Source of the DNA: an uncultured Solibacteraceae bacterium
Lineage (GTDB): Bacteria > Acidobacteriota > Vicinamibacteria > Vicinamibacterales > SCN-69-37
Assembly (NCBI GenBank): GCA_964419785.1
Contig: CAYQRM010000190.1
Coordinates: 31,290 to 95,289, forward strand
DNA: 64,000 bases
Reading direction: 5' to 3'
The notes under the pieces are model-generated. The model had not been told where the DNA came from and searched no databases. It saw nothing but the letters and a program-made list of their open reading frames with translations. Below are positions 1 through 9,485 of this stretch, piece by piece. A program made the translations under genes and the position numbers. The number at the start of each line of letters is the position of its first letter. The stretch's first letter is position 1.

Positions 1-154
1 CGGGCGCCGGGGGTCAACAAATAGACTGTCCGCCCCTCCCGTGTTGTTTGGGCCGATCTCCGGCGTTGTCCGGATGTGCGCCACAGAAGGCGCAACGGAT
101 ACTCGCTGGTCCATGCCTCCGCTACTTATACAGCATCGACCGCGGGAGGGCCGA

Positions 155-1366
155 ATGACGAGGCGCCATCGACTTGCACTGCTGCTCGCCGTGGCAGCCG
201 CCGCGTCGTGCGGGAAAAGCGGCACCACCGCGCCGGCCGTCGACGCGGCGCGCGCCGTGTTGGTCGCGCGCGTCACGCGCGGCGATCTCAGCCGCAGCAT
301 CGAACTGGCTGCCGAGTTTCGGCCCTATCAGCAAATCGATCTGCATGCCAAGGTCGCGGGGTTTCTCAAGGACATCTACGTCGACATCGGCGACCAGGTG
401 AAGACCGGACAGTTGATCGCCGTCCTCGAGGCGCCGGAGATGGCGCAGGAATCGGCCCAGACCGATGCGGCGCTCAAGCGCGCCGAGGTCGACGTCGATC
501 GCGCGCGCGCCGACGAGCAGCGGAGCGAGGCCGAAGCCAAGCTCCGACAGGAGGAGCTCGATCGGCTGTCCGGCGTCGTCAAGGTCCGCGCGAACCTCGT
601 CGCGCAGCAGGATGTGGACGACGTGCGCGCGCGGGTGCAGGAAGCGGACGCGCAGCTGGCGTCGGCCAAGGCCGCCATCGCGTCCGCGGAAGCTCAGGTG
701 CAGGTCGCCACGGCGGCCAAGGAGCGCGACGCTGTCCTGCTCAGCTACCTGCGCATCGCTGCGCCCTTCAGCGGAGTCATCACGAACCGGCTGGCCGACC
801 CCGGCGCGATGATCCAGGCCGGCACCGCGTCGCACGTGCAGGCGATGCCCGTCGTCCAGTTGTCGCAGGTCGATCGCCTGCGCCTCGTGCTGCCCGTGCC
901 GGAATCGGTCGTGCCGCGCGTGCGGGTGAACGCGCCCGTCGAGATCCGCGTCGATGCGCTCAAGCGCGTCTTCCAGGGCCGGATCTCGCGCTTCACCGGC
1001 AAGCTCGACACCTCCACCCGGACGATGGATACCGAGGTGGATTTGCCGAACCCGGATCTCACGATCACGGCGGGCATGTTCGGCTATGCCACACTCGTGC
1101 TCGACCAGCGTTCCGCCGTGCTCAGCATTCCAGTGCAGGCGCTCGCCGGCCGATCGCTTCCGCTCAAAGTGCTGATGGTCGGCAGCGACGGCACGCTGGC
1201 CGAGCGAGCCGTCGAAACCGGACTCGAGACGCCCGACCGCATCGAGGTGACGTCCGGCCTGAAGGAAGGTGACCTGGTCGTCGTGGGTGCGTCGTCCGAC
1301 CTGAAGCCCGGCCAGCACGTGATACCGAAGATCCAGACCGCGTCGACGGACGCCGGAGGGGGCTGA
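155..1366 (+). CDS. efflux RND transporter periplasmic adaptor subunit (membrane fusion protein, HlyD/AcrA family), probable lipoprotein
   Basis: Track ORF 41..1366. I place the start at ATG 155, with GGGAGGG just upstream, giving MTRRHRLALLLAVAAAASCGK (signal peptide with lipobox-like Cys). It has a lipoyl-like hairpin GFLKDIYVDIGDQVKTGQLIAVLEAPE, a long A/E/R-rich coiled coil and a beta-barrel C-terminus. Its stop overlaps the next start (TGATG at 1364-1368). Confidence 0.9.
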   Translation: MTRRHRLALLLAVAAAASCGKSGTTAPAVDAARAVLVARVTRGDLSRSIELAAEFRPYQQIDLHAKVAGFLKDIYVDIGDQVKTGQLIAVLEAPEMAQESAQTDAALKRAEVDVDRARADEQRSEAEAKLRQEELDRLSGVVKVRANLVAQQDVDDVRARVQEADAQLASAKAAIASAEAQVQVATAAKERDAVLLSYLRIAAPFSGVITNRLADPGAMIQAGTASHVQAMPVVQLSQVDRLRLVLPVPESVVPRVRVNAPVEIRVDALKRVFQGRISRFTGKLDTSTRTMDTEVDLPNPDLTITAGMFGYATLVLDQRSAVLSIPVQALAGRSLPLKVLMVGSDGTLAERAVETGLETPDRIEVTSGLKEGDLVVVGASSDLKPGQHVIPKIQTASTDAGGG

Positions 1367-4300
1367 TGCCCGGATTTTCGATCCGCAAGCCGTTCTTGAT
1401 CCTGGTGGTGTGCCTGATGGTCGGGGTGATGGGCATCACCGCGGTGGTGCGGATGCCCGTCGATCTTTTTCCGGACATCGACATTCCGGTGGTGGTCGTG
1501 GCGACGTTCTTTTCGGGCATGCCACCGGAGCAGATCGAAGCTGACATCACGGGACGCTTCGAGCGGTTCTTCACGCTCGGCAGCAGCATCGAGCACATCG
1601 AGTCCCGATCGCTGCCTGGCGTCAGCCTGATCAAGATCTATTTCCAGCCGGGCACCAACGCCGATTCGGCCGTGACCAACATCTCGAATCTGGCGATGGC
1701 GAACCTGCGTCGCTTGCCGCCCGGCACGCTGCCGCCGGTCGTGCTGAAGTTCGACGCCTCGTCGCTGCCAGTGTGCCTGGTGGCGCTCAAAGGCGAAGGG
1801 CTGAACGAGACGCAGCTGCGCGATCTGGCGCAGTACGCCGTCCGCAACCAGGTCGCCAACGTGAGCGGCGCGTCGGTGCCGCAGCCGTTTGGCGGCAAGT
1901 ACCGGCAGATCATGCTTTACGTCAACCCGATTGAGCTCGAGGCGCACCAGTTGAGCCCGATGGACATCGTGCGGGCGGTGAACGACTCGAACCTCATCCT
2001 GCCGGCCGGCGATGTGAAGATTGGTCCGTTCGACTACAGCATTTACACGAACAGCCAGATCGACGACATTTCCGGCATCAACGAAATTCCGCTGAAGACG
2101 TCGGGTCTCAACTCGGTTCGGCTGGCCGACGTCGGCACGGCCAAGGACGCCCAGCAGATCCAGACGAGCATCGTGCGCGTGGACGGCCAGCGGTCAGTGT
2201 ACCTGCCGGTGCTCAAGCAGGGCGGCAACACCAACACCATTGCGGTCGTGTCGGGCGTCAAGGCCGCCGTGTTGCGGCTGCTCGACGTCCCCCCTCAGCT
2301 CGTCACGCGCGTGGTCTTCGACCAGTCGCAGTTCGTGCTGGGTGCCATCCAGACCCTGCTCATCGCGATAGCCGTGGGACTGGGGCTGACGTCGGTGATC
2401 GTGCTGCTGTTTCTCGCGAGCGGCCGTGCGACGATCGCCGTGCTGCTTTCCGTGCCGATCTCCGGTCTGGCGGCCGTCCTTGCACTTTCGATAGGCGGCG
2501 CCTCGATCAACACGATGGTGCTGGGCGGCCTGGCGCTGGCATTCACACGGTTCCTGTTCAATTCGCTCGTCGTCCTCGAGAACATCTTCCGGCATCTCGC
2601 CGCTGGCGAGGCTCCGGCCGTGGCGGCCGAACGAGGTGGCCGCGAGATGGCAATGCCGGTGCTGGCGGCGACGCTCACGACGCTGGTCGTCTTCTTTCCG
2701 GTCACGTTTCTCTTCGGCGTGAGCCGATTCCTGTTTGCGGCCCTGGCCATCGCCGTGGTCCTTGCGCTCGTGGCGTCCTACTTTGCGGCGCTCACGGTCA
2801 TTCCGCTCGTTTGCGCGCGATTCGTGACGGCCCAGGCTGCCGCCGAAGGCGGCGGGCTCGCCGCGGTGCGCGCCCGCACGGACGCGCTCTTCGCCCGTCT
2901 CTCCCACGCCTACGCGCGCGCCGTTGCGCGCGCGCTCGATCGCCCCCGCGTTGTTCTCCTCGGACTGGCCGCGGTCGTGTGCCTGACGCTGCCCCTCTAC
3001 ACGCAGCTGCGGGTCGCCTTCTTTCCGCGCACGGACGCCGGCCAGTTCATGATCAACATCAAGGCGCAGTCCGGCACGCGGCTCGAGGTCACCGAGTCGC
3101 TCGTCGGCCGCGTCGAGGACATCGTGCGACAGGTGGTTGCGCCCGAGGATCTCGACGTCATCCTGTCGAACATCGGCGTCACGCCTGGCTTCTCGTCGAT
3201 GTACACGAGCAACTCCGCGCAGCACACGGCGTTCGTGCAGGTCAACCTCCGCGAGGGACACCGGGTTGGCAGCTACGAGTACATGGCGCGTCTGCGCCAG
3301 CGGCTCGCCTCCGACATGCCGCAGCTCACGACGTACTTTCAATCGGGCGGGATGGCCGACGCCGTGCTGAACCTCGGCCTGCCGGCGCCGATCGACGTGC
3401 AGGTCACCGGCACCGATCTCGACGCGGCCTACCGGACGGCTCTCGATATCGCCAGCCGTGCGCGCCAGCTCTCTGGCGTGAGCGATGTGTACGTCCCGCA
3501 GGATCTCGATTACCCGGCGCTCAAAGTCGAGATCGATCGCACGAGCGCAGGCCGCCTGGGCTTGTCGCAAAAGGAGATCGTCCAGAACGTCATCACGGCG
3601 CTGACCTCGAATCAGATGATCGCGCCGAGCTACTGGGTCGATCCGCGCAGCGGCAACGACTATCTGCTGACCGTGCAGTATCCCGAAGATCAAGTTCGCA
3701 CGCTCGACGACCTGTCGGCGATCCCGCTTCGCGCCCCGAACCGGCAGATGGCGACGCGGCTCGACGCGGTGAGCCGTATCACGAGAATCCAGTCGCCGAC
3801 CGAGGTCGATCATTACGCGCTCCGGCGGCTGATCGACGTTTACGTCGCGCCGGTGGGCGAGGACCTCGGGCGCGTCGCCTCAGCCATCGACCAGATCATC
3901 AACACCACGAAGCTGCCGAACGGCGTCCGCGTCGACTTGCGAGGCATGGTGCAGGGCATGCGGCAGTCGTTCACCAGCTTCGGGTTCGGCCTCGTCCTCG
4001 CGGTCGCACTGCTGTACCTCATTCTCGTCGCCCAGTTTCGATCGTTCTCCGATCCGCTGCTCATCCTCGCCGCGCTGCCGATGGGCGTGTCCGGCGTGCT
4101 CCTCACGTTGTTCGTGACCGGCACGAGCCTCAACGTCATGTCCCTGATGGGCACCGTGATGATGGTGGGCGTCGTGGTGTCGAACAGCATCCTGCTCGTG
4201 CACGAGGCCAACACGGCGCGCGACCGCAAGCTGCCGCTTCGAGAGGCGATCCTGGGTGCCTGCAGCGCGCGGTTCCGCGTCATCGTCATGACCTCCCTTG

Positions 4301-4494
4301 CAACCGTCGTCGGCCTGTTGCCGCTGGCCATCAAGATCGGCACCGGCGGCGAAGCGTACGTGCCGATGGCGCGCGCGATCATCGGCGGGATGCTGGCGTC
4401 GGTCACGACCAGCGTCATCGCGGTACCGGTGGTCTGGTATCTCGCCAACGCGCGGCGGGCGGTTCGTGCCGCTTCGGCCGGCGGGGACGCGTAG
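1366..4494 (+). CDS. efflux RND transporter permease subunit (AcrB/CzcA-type), paralog 1
   Basis: A 1042-aa ORF whose start overlaps the adaptor stop. It has an N-terminal TM (FLILVVCLMVGVMGITAV), two large periplasmic loops and two multi-helix hydrophobic bundles. RND-typical stretches include VVVATFFSGMPPEQIE and MSLMGTVMMVGVVVSNSILLV. Confidence 0.93.
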   Translation: MPGFSIRKPFLILVVCLMVGVMGITAVVRMPVDLFPDIDIPVVVVATFFSGMPPEQIEADITGRFERFFTLGSSIEHIESRSLPGVSLIKIYFQPGTNADSAVTNISNLAMANLRRLPPGTLPPVVLKFDASSLPVCLVALKGEGLNETQLRDLAQYAVRNQVANVSGASVPQPFGGKYRQIMLYVNPIELEAHQLSPMDIVRAVNDSNLILPAGDVKIGPFDYSIYTNSQIDDISGINEIPLKTSGLNSVRLADVGTAKDAQQIQTSIVRVDGQRSVYLPVLKQGGNTNTIAVVSGVKAAVLRLLDVPPQLVTRVVFDQSQFVLGAIQTLLIAIAVGLGLTSVIVLLFLASGRATIAVLLSVPISGLAAVLALSIGGASINTMVLGGLALAFTRFLFNSLVVLENIFRHLAAGEAPAVAAERGGREMAMPVLAATLTTLVVFFPVTFLFGVSRFLFAALAIAVVLALVASYFAALTVIPLVCARFVTAQAAAEGGGLAAVRARTDALFARLSHAYARAVARALDRPRVVLLGLAAVVCLTLPLYTQLRVAFFPRTDAGQFMINIKAQSGTRLEVTESLVGRVEDIVRQVVAPEDLDVILSNIGVTPGFSSMYTSNSAQHTAFVQVNLREGHRVGSYEYMARLRQRLASDMPQLTTYFQSGGMADAVLNLGLPAPIDVQVTGTDLDAAYRTALDIASRARQLSGVSDVYVPQDLDYPALKVEIDRTSAGRLGLSQKEIVQNVITALTSNQMIAPSYWVDPRSGNDYLLTVQYPEDQVRTLDDLSAIPLRAPNRQMATRLDAVSRITRIQSPTEVDHYALRRLIDVYVAPVGEDLGRVASAIDQIINTTKLPNGVRVDLRGMVQGMRQSFTSFGFGLVLAVALLYLILVAQFRSFSDPLLILAALPMGVSGVLLTLFVTGTSLNVMSLMGTVMMVGVVVSNSILLVHEANTARDRKLPLREAILGACSARFRVIVMTSLATVVGLLPLAIKIGTGGEAYVPMARAIIGGMLASVTTSVIAVPVVWYLANARRAVRAASAGGDA

Positions 4495-4495
4495 C

Positions 4496-7400
4496 ATGTC
4501 GCGGTTCGCGATCCGGAACCCCCACATCATCGTGGTCGTGTGCCTCGTGCTGGGGATCGTCGGGTTGAGCAGCACCGTGCGGATGCCGGTCGATCTGTTT
4601 CCCAACATCAACATTCCCGTCGTGGTCGTGGCGACCTTCTTCTCCGGCATGCCGCCGGAGCAGATCGAGGCCGACATCACGGGGCGCTTCGAACGGTTCT
4701 TCACGCTGGCGGCCAACATCGAGCACATCGAATCGCGATCGCTGCCCGGCGTGAGCCTCATCAAGATCTATTTCCAGCCCGACACGGATCCGGATTCGGC
4801 CGTCACGAACGTCTCGAACCTCGCGATGGCGAACCTGCGGCGGCTACCGCCCGGCACGCTGCCGCCGGTTGTCCTGAAGTTCGACGCGTCGTCGCTTCCC
4901 GTCTGCCTGATTACGCTCAAGGGTGAGGGCTTGTCGGAGACGGAGCTTCGCGACCTGGGACAGTACGCGGTCCGCAACCAGGTCGCGAACGTCGAAGGGG
5001 CGTCGGTGCCCCAGCCGTTCGGCGGCCGCTACCGCCAGATCATGGTGTACGTCGATCCGGTGAAGCTCGCGGCGCATCAGCTGAGCCCAATGGACGTCGT
5101 GCGCGAGGTCAACGCGTCCAACCTCATTCTGCCGGCCGGCGACACGCGCATCGGGCCGTTCGACTACAGCCTGTACACCAACAGCCAGGTGAACACGGTC
5201 GATGACATCGACCGGATTCCGCTGAAGACGACGGACGGGGGCATCGTATCGGTGGCCGATGTCGGGTTCGCGCGTGACGCCGAGCAGATTCAGACGAACA
5301 TCGTGCGAGTGGACGGCCAGCCGTCGGTCTACCTGCCCGTGCTCAAACAGGGCGGCAATACGAACACCATCGCGGTCGTGGACGGCGTGAAGGCCGCCGT
5401 GTCACACCTGTTCAACGTGCCCGCGGGTCTGAGCCGGGCGGTGGTATTCGACCAGTCGCTCTTCGTGAAGAACGCGATCGAGACCCTGTGGCACGAAGGC
5501 GCGATCGGCCTGCTGTTGACGTCGCTCATGATCCTGATCTTCCTGGGGAGCGTCCGGGCGACCGTCGCTGTGTGTCTGTCGATTCCCCTGTCGGCGCTCG
5601 CGACGTTCCTCGTGCTGGCGCTGGGCGGCAGCTCGATCAACGCGATGGTGCTCGGCGGGCTGGCGCTCGTCTTCTCCCGGCTCATCGACAACTCGGTCGT
5701 CGTGCTCGAGAACATCTACCGGCACATGGAGAACGGCGTGCCCGCGGCCCAGGCCGCGGAGCGCGGGGGGCAGGAGGTGGCGCTGCCCGTGCTCGCCGCG
5801 ACGCTCACGACCGCGGTGGTCTTTTTCCCGGTCACCTTTCTCTACGGGGTCAGCCGGTTCCTCTTCTCCGCCCTGGCGCTGGCGGTCGTGATCGCGCTCG
5901 GCGCGTCCTACATCGTGGCCATGACGGTGGTCCCGCTCTTCTGCGCGCGGTTCCTCAAAGCGCCGGTGCACCTTGGCGCCGACGACGAGCCTCGCGGGTG
6001 GGGCGCGAGGTTCAACGCCTGGTTCAACCGCAACTTCGAGTCGATGCTCGAGCTGTACACGCGCGTGGTCGGACGCGCGCTTCGGCGGCCCGTGCTCGTC
6101 ATCGTGTCGTCGGCGGCCATTGTCGCGGCAAGCCTGTTTCTCTATCCGCAGCTCGGCGTGGCGTTCTTCCCGCGCACCGACGCCGGGCAGTTCGTCATGA
6201 ATCTCAAGGCGGCGCCAGGCACGCGGCTCGAGATCATGTCGGCGGAGACCGCGCGGGTCGAGCAGCTCGTGCGTGAGGTCGTCGCTCCTGACGACCTCGG
6301 GATGATCGTCTCGAACATCGGTGTCGCGCCTGGGTTCTCGTCGATCTACACGACCAATTCCGCCCAGCACACCGCGTTCGTCCAGGTCAGCCTGAGGGAA
6401 GGACACAAGATCGGCAGCTACGAGTACATGAACCGGATGCGCGCTCGGATGGCCCGGGAGCTGCCGGAACTGAGCGCGTACTTCCAGTCGGGCGGCCTCG
6501 TCGACGCGGTGCTCAACCTCGGGCTGCCGGCGCCAATCGACGTGCAGGTCAGCGGATCCGATCTGCGCGTGGACCACGAGGTGGCTGCCGACCTGGCCAC
6601 GCGCATTCGCGGCATCCCGAATGTCAGCGATGTCTTCGTGCCGCAGGACATCGACTACCCGGCGCTCGCCCTGGACGTCGACCGCGTGCGCGCGAGCCAG
6701 CTCGGGCTCAGCCAGCGGGAAGTCGTGAGCAACGTCATCACGGCGCTCACCTCGAACCAGATGATCGCGCCGAGCTACTGGGTCGATCAGCGCACCGGCA
6801 ACGATTACATGCTGACGGTGCAGTTCCCGGAGAATCGTGTGGCCAGCACGCTCGATCTCACGGGCATCCCGCTGCGCGCGCCTTCAGCGGTCGATCCGGT
6901 CCGGCTGGATGCCGTGACGTCGCTGCGCCAGTTTTCGGCCCCGACCGAAGTCAACCACTATGGCTTGCGGCGCGTCGTCGATATCTACGTCGGGCTGGCA
7001 AATGAGGACCTCGGCCGCGCTGCGAAGCAGATCGACCAGATCGTGGCGTCGATCCGCCTGCCCGACGGCGTGCGCACCGACCTCCGCGGAATGGTGCAGG
7101 GCATGCGGGCCTCGTTCGAGAGCTTCACGTACGGCCTGCTGCTCGCGCTCGTGCTGCTCTATCTCATCCTGGTCGCGCAATTCGAGTCGTTCGTCGATCC
7201 GCTCATCATCCTGCTCGCGGTGCCGCTCGGCGTGACCGGCGTGCTCGGCATGCTGTTTCTCGCCGGCACGACGGTCAACGTGCAGTCGCTCATGGGCGTC
7301 GTGATGATGGTCGGCATCGTCGTCTCGAACAGCATCCTCATCGTCGAGTTCACGCACCGCCTGCGCGATCAGGGCATGCCGACCCGCGAGGCGGTCGCCA

Positions 7401-7627
7401 TGGCGTGCCGCGTCCGGTTGCGGCCGGTGCTCATGACGTCGCTCGCCACAATCATCGGGCTGCTGCCGATGGCCCTGAAGCTCGGCACCGGCAGCGAAAG
7501 CTACGCCCCGCTCGCGCAGGCGATCATTGGCGGCCTGTCGGTGTCGGTTGTGTTCACGGTCGTACTCGTGCCGGCGGCGTGCCTGGTGGTGTACGAGCCT
7601 CGCCAGCCCAAAGTGGAACCGCGATGA
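4496..7627 (+). CDS. efflux RND transporter permease subunit, paralog 2
   Basis: Track ORF 4298..7627, but its first 66 codons overlap paralog 1. ATG 4496 lies 1 nt after the TAG at 4492-4494 and gives MSRFAIRNPHIIVVVCLVLGIVG, which is colinear with the paralog-1 N-terminus. It is similar to paralog 1 over its full length. Confidence 0.92.
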   Translation: MSRFAIRNPHIIVVVCLVLGIVGLSSTVRMPVDLFPNINIPVVVVATFFSGMPPEQIEADITGRFERFFTLAANIEHIESRSLPGVSLIKIYFQPDTDPDSAVTNVSNLAMANLRRLPPGTLPPVVLKFDASSLPVCLITLKGEGLSETELRDLGQYAVRNQVANVEGASVPQPFGGRYRQIMVYVDPVKLAAHQLSPMDVVREVNASNLILPAGDTRIGPFDYSLYTNSQVNTVDDIDRIPLKTTDGGIVSVADVGFARDAEQIQTNIVRVDGQPSVYLPVLKQGGNTNTIAVVDGVKAAVSHLFNVPAGLSRAVVFDQSLFVKNAIETLWHEGAIGLLLTSLMILIFLGSVRATVAVCLSIPLSALATFLVLALGGSSINAMVLGGLALVFSRLIDNSVVVLENIYRHMENGVPAAQAAERGGQEVALPVLAATLTTAVVFFPVTFLYGVSRFLFSALALAVVIALGASYIVAMTVVPLFCARFLKAPVHLGADDEPRGWGARFNAWFNRNFESMLELYTRVVGRALRRPVLVIVSSAAIVAASLFLYPQLGVAFFPRTDAGQFVMNLKAAPGTRLEIMSAETARVEQLVREVVAPDDLGMIVSNIGVAPGFSSIYTTNSAQHTAFVQVSLREGHKIGSYEYMNRMRARMARELPELSAYFQSGGLVDAVLNLGLPAPIDVQVSGSDLRVDHEVAADLATRIRGIPNVSDVFVPQDIDYPALALDVDRVRASQLGLSQREVVSNVITALTSNQMIAPSYWVDQRTGNDYMLTVQFPENRVASTLDLTGIPLRAPSAVDPVRLDAVTSLRQFSAPTEVNHYGLRRVVDIYVGLANEDLGRAAKQIDQIVASIRLPDGVRTDLRGMVQGMRASFESFTYGLLLALVLLYLILVAQFESFVDPLIILLAVPLGVTGVLGMLFLAGTTVNVQSLMGVVMMVGIVVSNSILIVEFTHRLRDQGMPTREAVAMACRVRLRPVLMTSLATIIGLLPMALKLGTGSESYAPLAQAIIGGLSVSVVFTVVLVPAACLVVYEPRQPKVEPR

Positions 7628-8916
7628 CCCAGCTCCCGATCAGGATCGCCTTCGTTCTGTTCATTGTGTGCATGGCTGCGCCGGCCCGCGCACAGAGCGC
7701 TCAGGCGCTGTCGCTCCAGCAGGCTCAGCAGCTGGCGCTCGCGAACCATCCCCAGATTCAGCAGGCCGAATTCACCTCACAGGCAGACGACGAGGCCGTG
7801 CGCGCGGCGCGGTCGGCGTACTACCCGACAGCGTTTGCCAGCCTGACAGGCGCCGACGCGAGCGCCGGAAGCCGCATCGCGGCCGGCGGGCTCAACAACC
7901 CCATCATCCTCGAGCGCTTCGCCGGAGGCGTGGGCGTCAGCCAGTTGGTCACGGATTTCGGGCGGACCGGCGCGCTCGTCGACAGCATGTCGCTGCGCGC
8001 GGACACCGGCCGGCGCGATGTCGATGCGCGGCGCGCGGACGTCCTGCTTCAGGTCGACCGCTCGTACTTCATGGCGCTCCGCGCCCAGGCCGTCGAGAGA
8101 GTCGCCGAAGAGACCACGACGACGCGACAGCTGGTGGTCGATCAGGTGACAGCGCAGACGGCGAGCGGCCTGAAGTCGGATCTGGACTTGAGTCTGGCGA
8201 AGGTCAATCTCTCCGAGGCACAGATGCTGTTGCTGCAGGCGAAGAGCGATGTGGACACCGCGTTCGCGGCGCTCACGGCTGCGCTCGGGCGAGCGGACGC
8301 CGCCAGCTACACGCTGGCCGACGAGCCCTTGCCGTCCGCGCCGCCGCCCGATCCGGAGGCGCTCGTGACCGAAGCCCTGCGCGATCGGCCGGACGTGGCC
8401 GCCGTGCAGCTTTCGGCGGAGGCGGCGCGCAGATTCGCGGACGCCGAAGGCGCGCTCCGGCTGCCGGCAGTGTCGATGGTCGCGGCGGTCGGCACGGTGC
8501 CGTACCACGTGGCGGGCCTGACCGACAAATATTCGGCGGCCGGCATCAATCTGACCGTGCCGATCACGACCGGCGGTTTGATCGGGGCGCGGCACGCGGC
8601 CGCGACGCTCGCCGCCCAGAGCGAGACGCAGCGGCTGCGCGATCTGCAGGATCGGGTGGCTCGCGACGTCCGCACCGCCTGGCACGATGCGGAAACCGCG
8701 TTTCAACAGATGGATGCCGCGACGCAGCTGCTCGCGGCCGCGAGCGACGCCGCCGACCTCGCGCAAACCCGCTTCGACATCGGGCTGGGGTCAATCGTCG
8801 AGCTCACGCAAGCGCAGTTGAGCAAGACGCGCGCCCAAATCGCCGTCGCGACGGCGCGCTACGATTATCAGCTCCGGACCGCGGTCCTGAAGTATCAAAC
8901 CGGACAGCTAAAATAG
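7624..8916 (+). CDS. TolC-family outer membrane efflux protein
   Basis: Track ORF 7405..8916. ATG 7624 overlaps the RND-2 stop (ATGA) and gives the signal peptide MTQLPIRIAFVLFIVCMAAPARAQS. It has two TolC-like repeat halves with L/A/Q-rich coiled-coil segments (LDLSLAKVNLSEAQ, ARYDYQLRTAVLKY). Confidence 0.88.
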   Translation: MTQLPIRIAFVLFIVCMAAPARAQSAQALSLQQAQQLALANHPQIQQAEFTSQADDEAVRAARSAYYPTAFASLTGADASAGSRIAAGGLNNPIILERFAGGVGVSQLVTDFGRTGALVDSMSLRADTGRRDVDARRADVLLQVDRSYFMALRAQAVERVAEETTTTRQLVVDQVTAQTASGLKSDLDLSLAKVNLSEAQMLLLQAKSDVDTAFAALTAALGRADAASYTLADEPLPSAPPPDPEALVTEALRDRPDVAAVQLSAEAARRFADAEGALRLPAVSMVAAVGTVPYHVAGLTDKYSAAGINLTVPITTGGLIGARHAAATLAAQSETQRLRDLQDRVARDVRTAWHDAETAFQQMDAATQLLAAASDAADLAQTRFDIGLGSIVELTQAQLSKTRAQIAVATARYDYQLRTAVLKYQTGQLK

Positions 8917-9016
8917 GGGGCGATCCATCGGTCTCAAACTGCTGCTCGCCATCGACGGGTCGTCGTTCTCAACGGCGGCGGTAGACGATCTCATCGCGCG
9001 CCTGCGTTCCGAGGCC

Positions 9017-9418
9017 GTGGTCGTGCACGTCCTGCACGCGGTCGATCTCGAGGAGCTGCTGCCGCTCCCCCACGACTTCGCGCGCGGGACCGACTACGGC
9101 CCCGATGTCATGACGCACGTCCGTCACGGTCGCGACGCCGCCGAACAGCTCGTGAGCGCGGCAGCGGAGCGGGTGACGGCCGCCGGCTTCGCCACGGTGA
9201 CGGCGATCCGCGAGGGTGATCCGCGGCGGGTGATCCTCGACTACGCCGCCGAGCACGAGTGCGACTGGATTGTCATGGGCTCGCACGGACGCCGCGGCCT
9301 CGGCCGCTTCCTCATGGGCAGCGTCTCGGAAGCCGTTGCCCGCCACGCGCGCTGCTCGGTGCTGATCGTGCGCGGCAGTCCCGCTCCGGTTTCTCGATCG
9401 TCGCCAGCCAGCTCGTGA
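9017..9418 (+). CDS. universal stress protein (UspA family); true start probably upstream
   Basis: The C-terminal Usp ATP-binding signature is present: IVMGSHGRRGLGRFLMGSVSEAVARHARCSVLIV. GTG 9017 is the first canonical start. However, the in-frame upstream codons 8927-9016 encode IGLKLLLAIDGSSFSTAAVDDLIARLRSEA, which is the typical Usp first strand. Confidence 0.8.
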   Translation: MVVHVLHAVDLEELLPLPHDFARGTDYGPDVMTHVRHGRDAAEQLVSAAAERVTAAGFATVTAIREGDPRRVILDYAAEHECDWIVMGSHGRRGLGRFLMGSVSEAVARHARCSVLIVRGSPAPVSRSSPASS

Positions 9419-9485
9419 TGACTTTTCGATTGCGTGAATTCTAAGGCGACTTTGGTACCCTTGTGAGGCCCCCCGGCAGGAATCT

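Noticed and set aside
2194-3813. Long minus-strand ORFs (2194..3813, 5402..6577, 3880..4764 and others) inside the RND genes.
   Set aside because: They are antisense to RND permeases with unambiguous topology and motifs. Their translations are low-complexity R/D/H/E-rich sequence.
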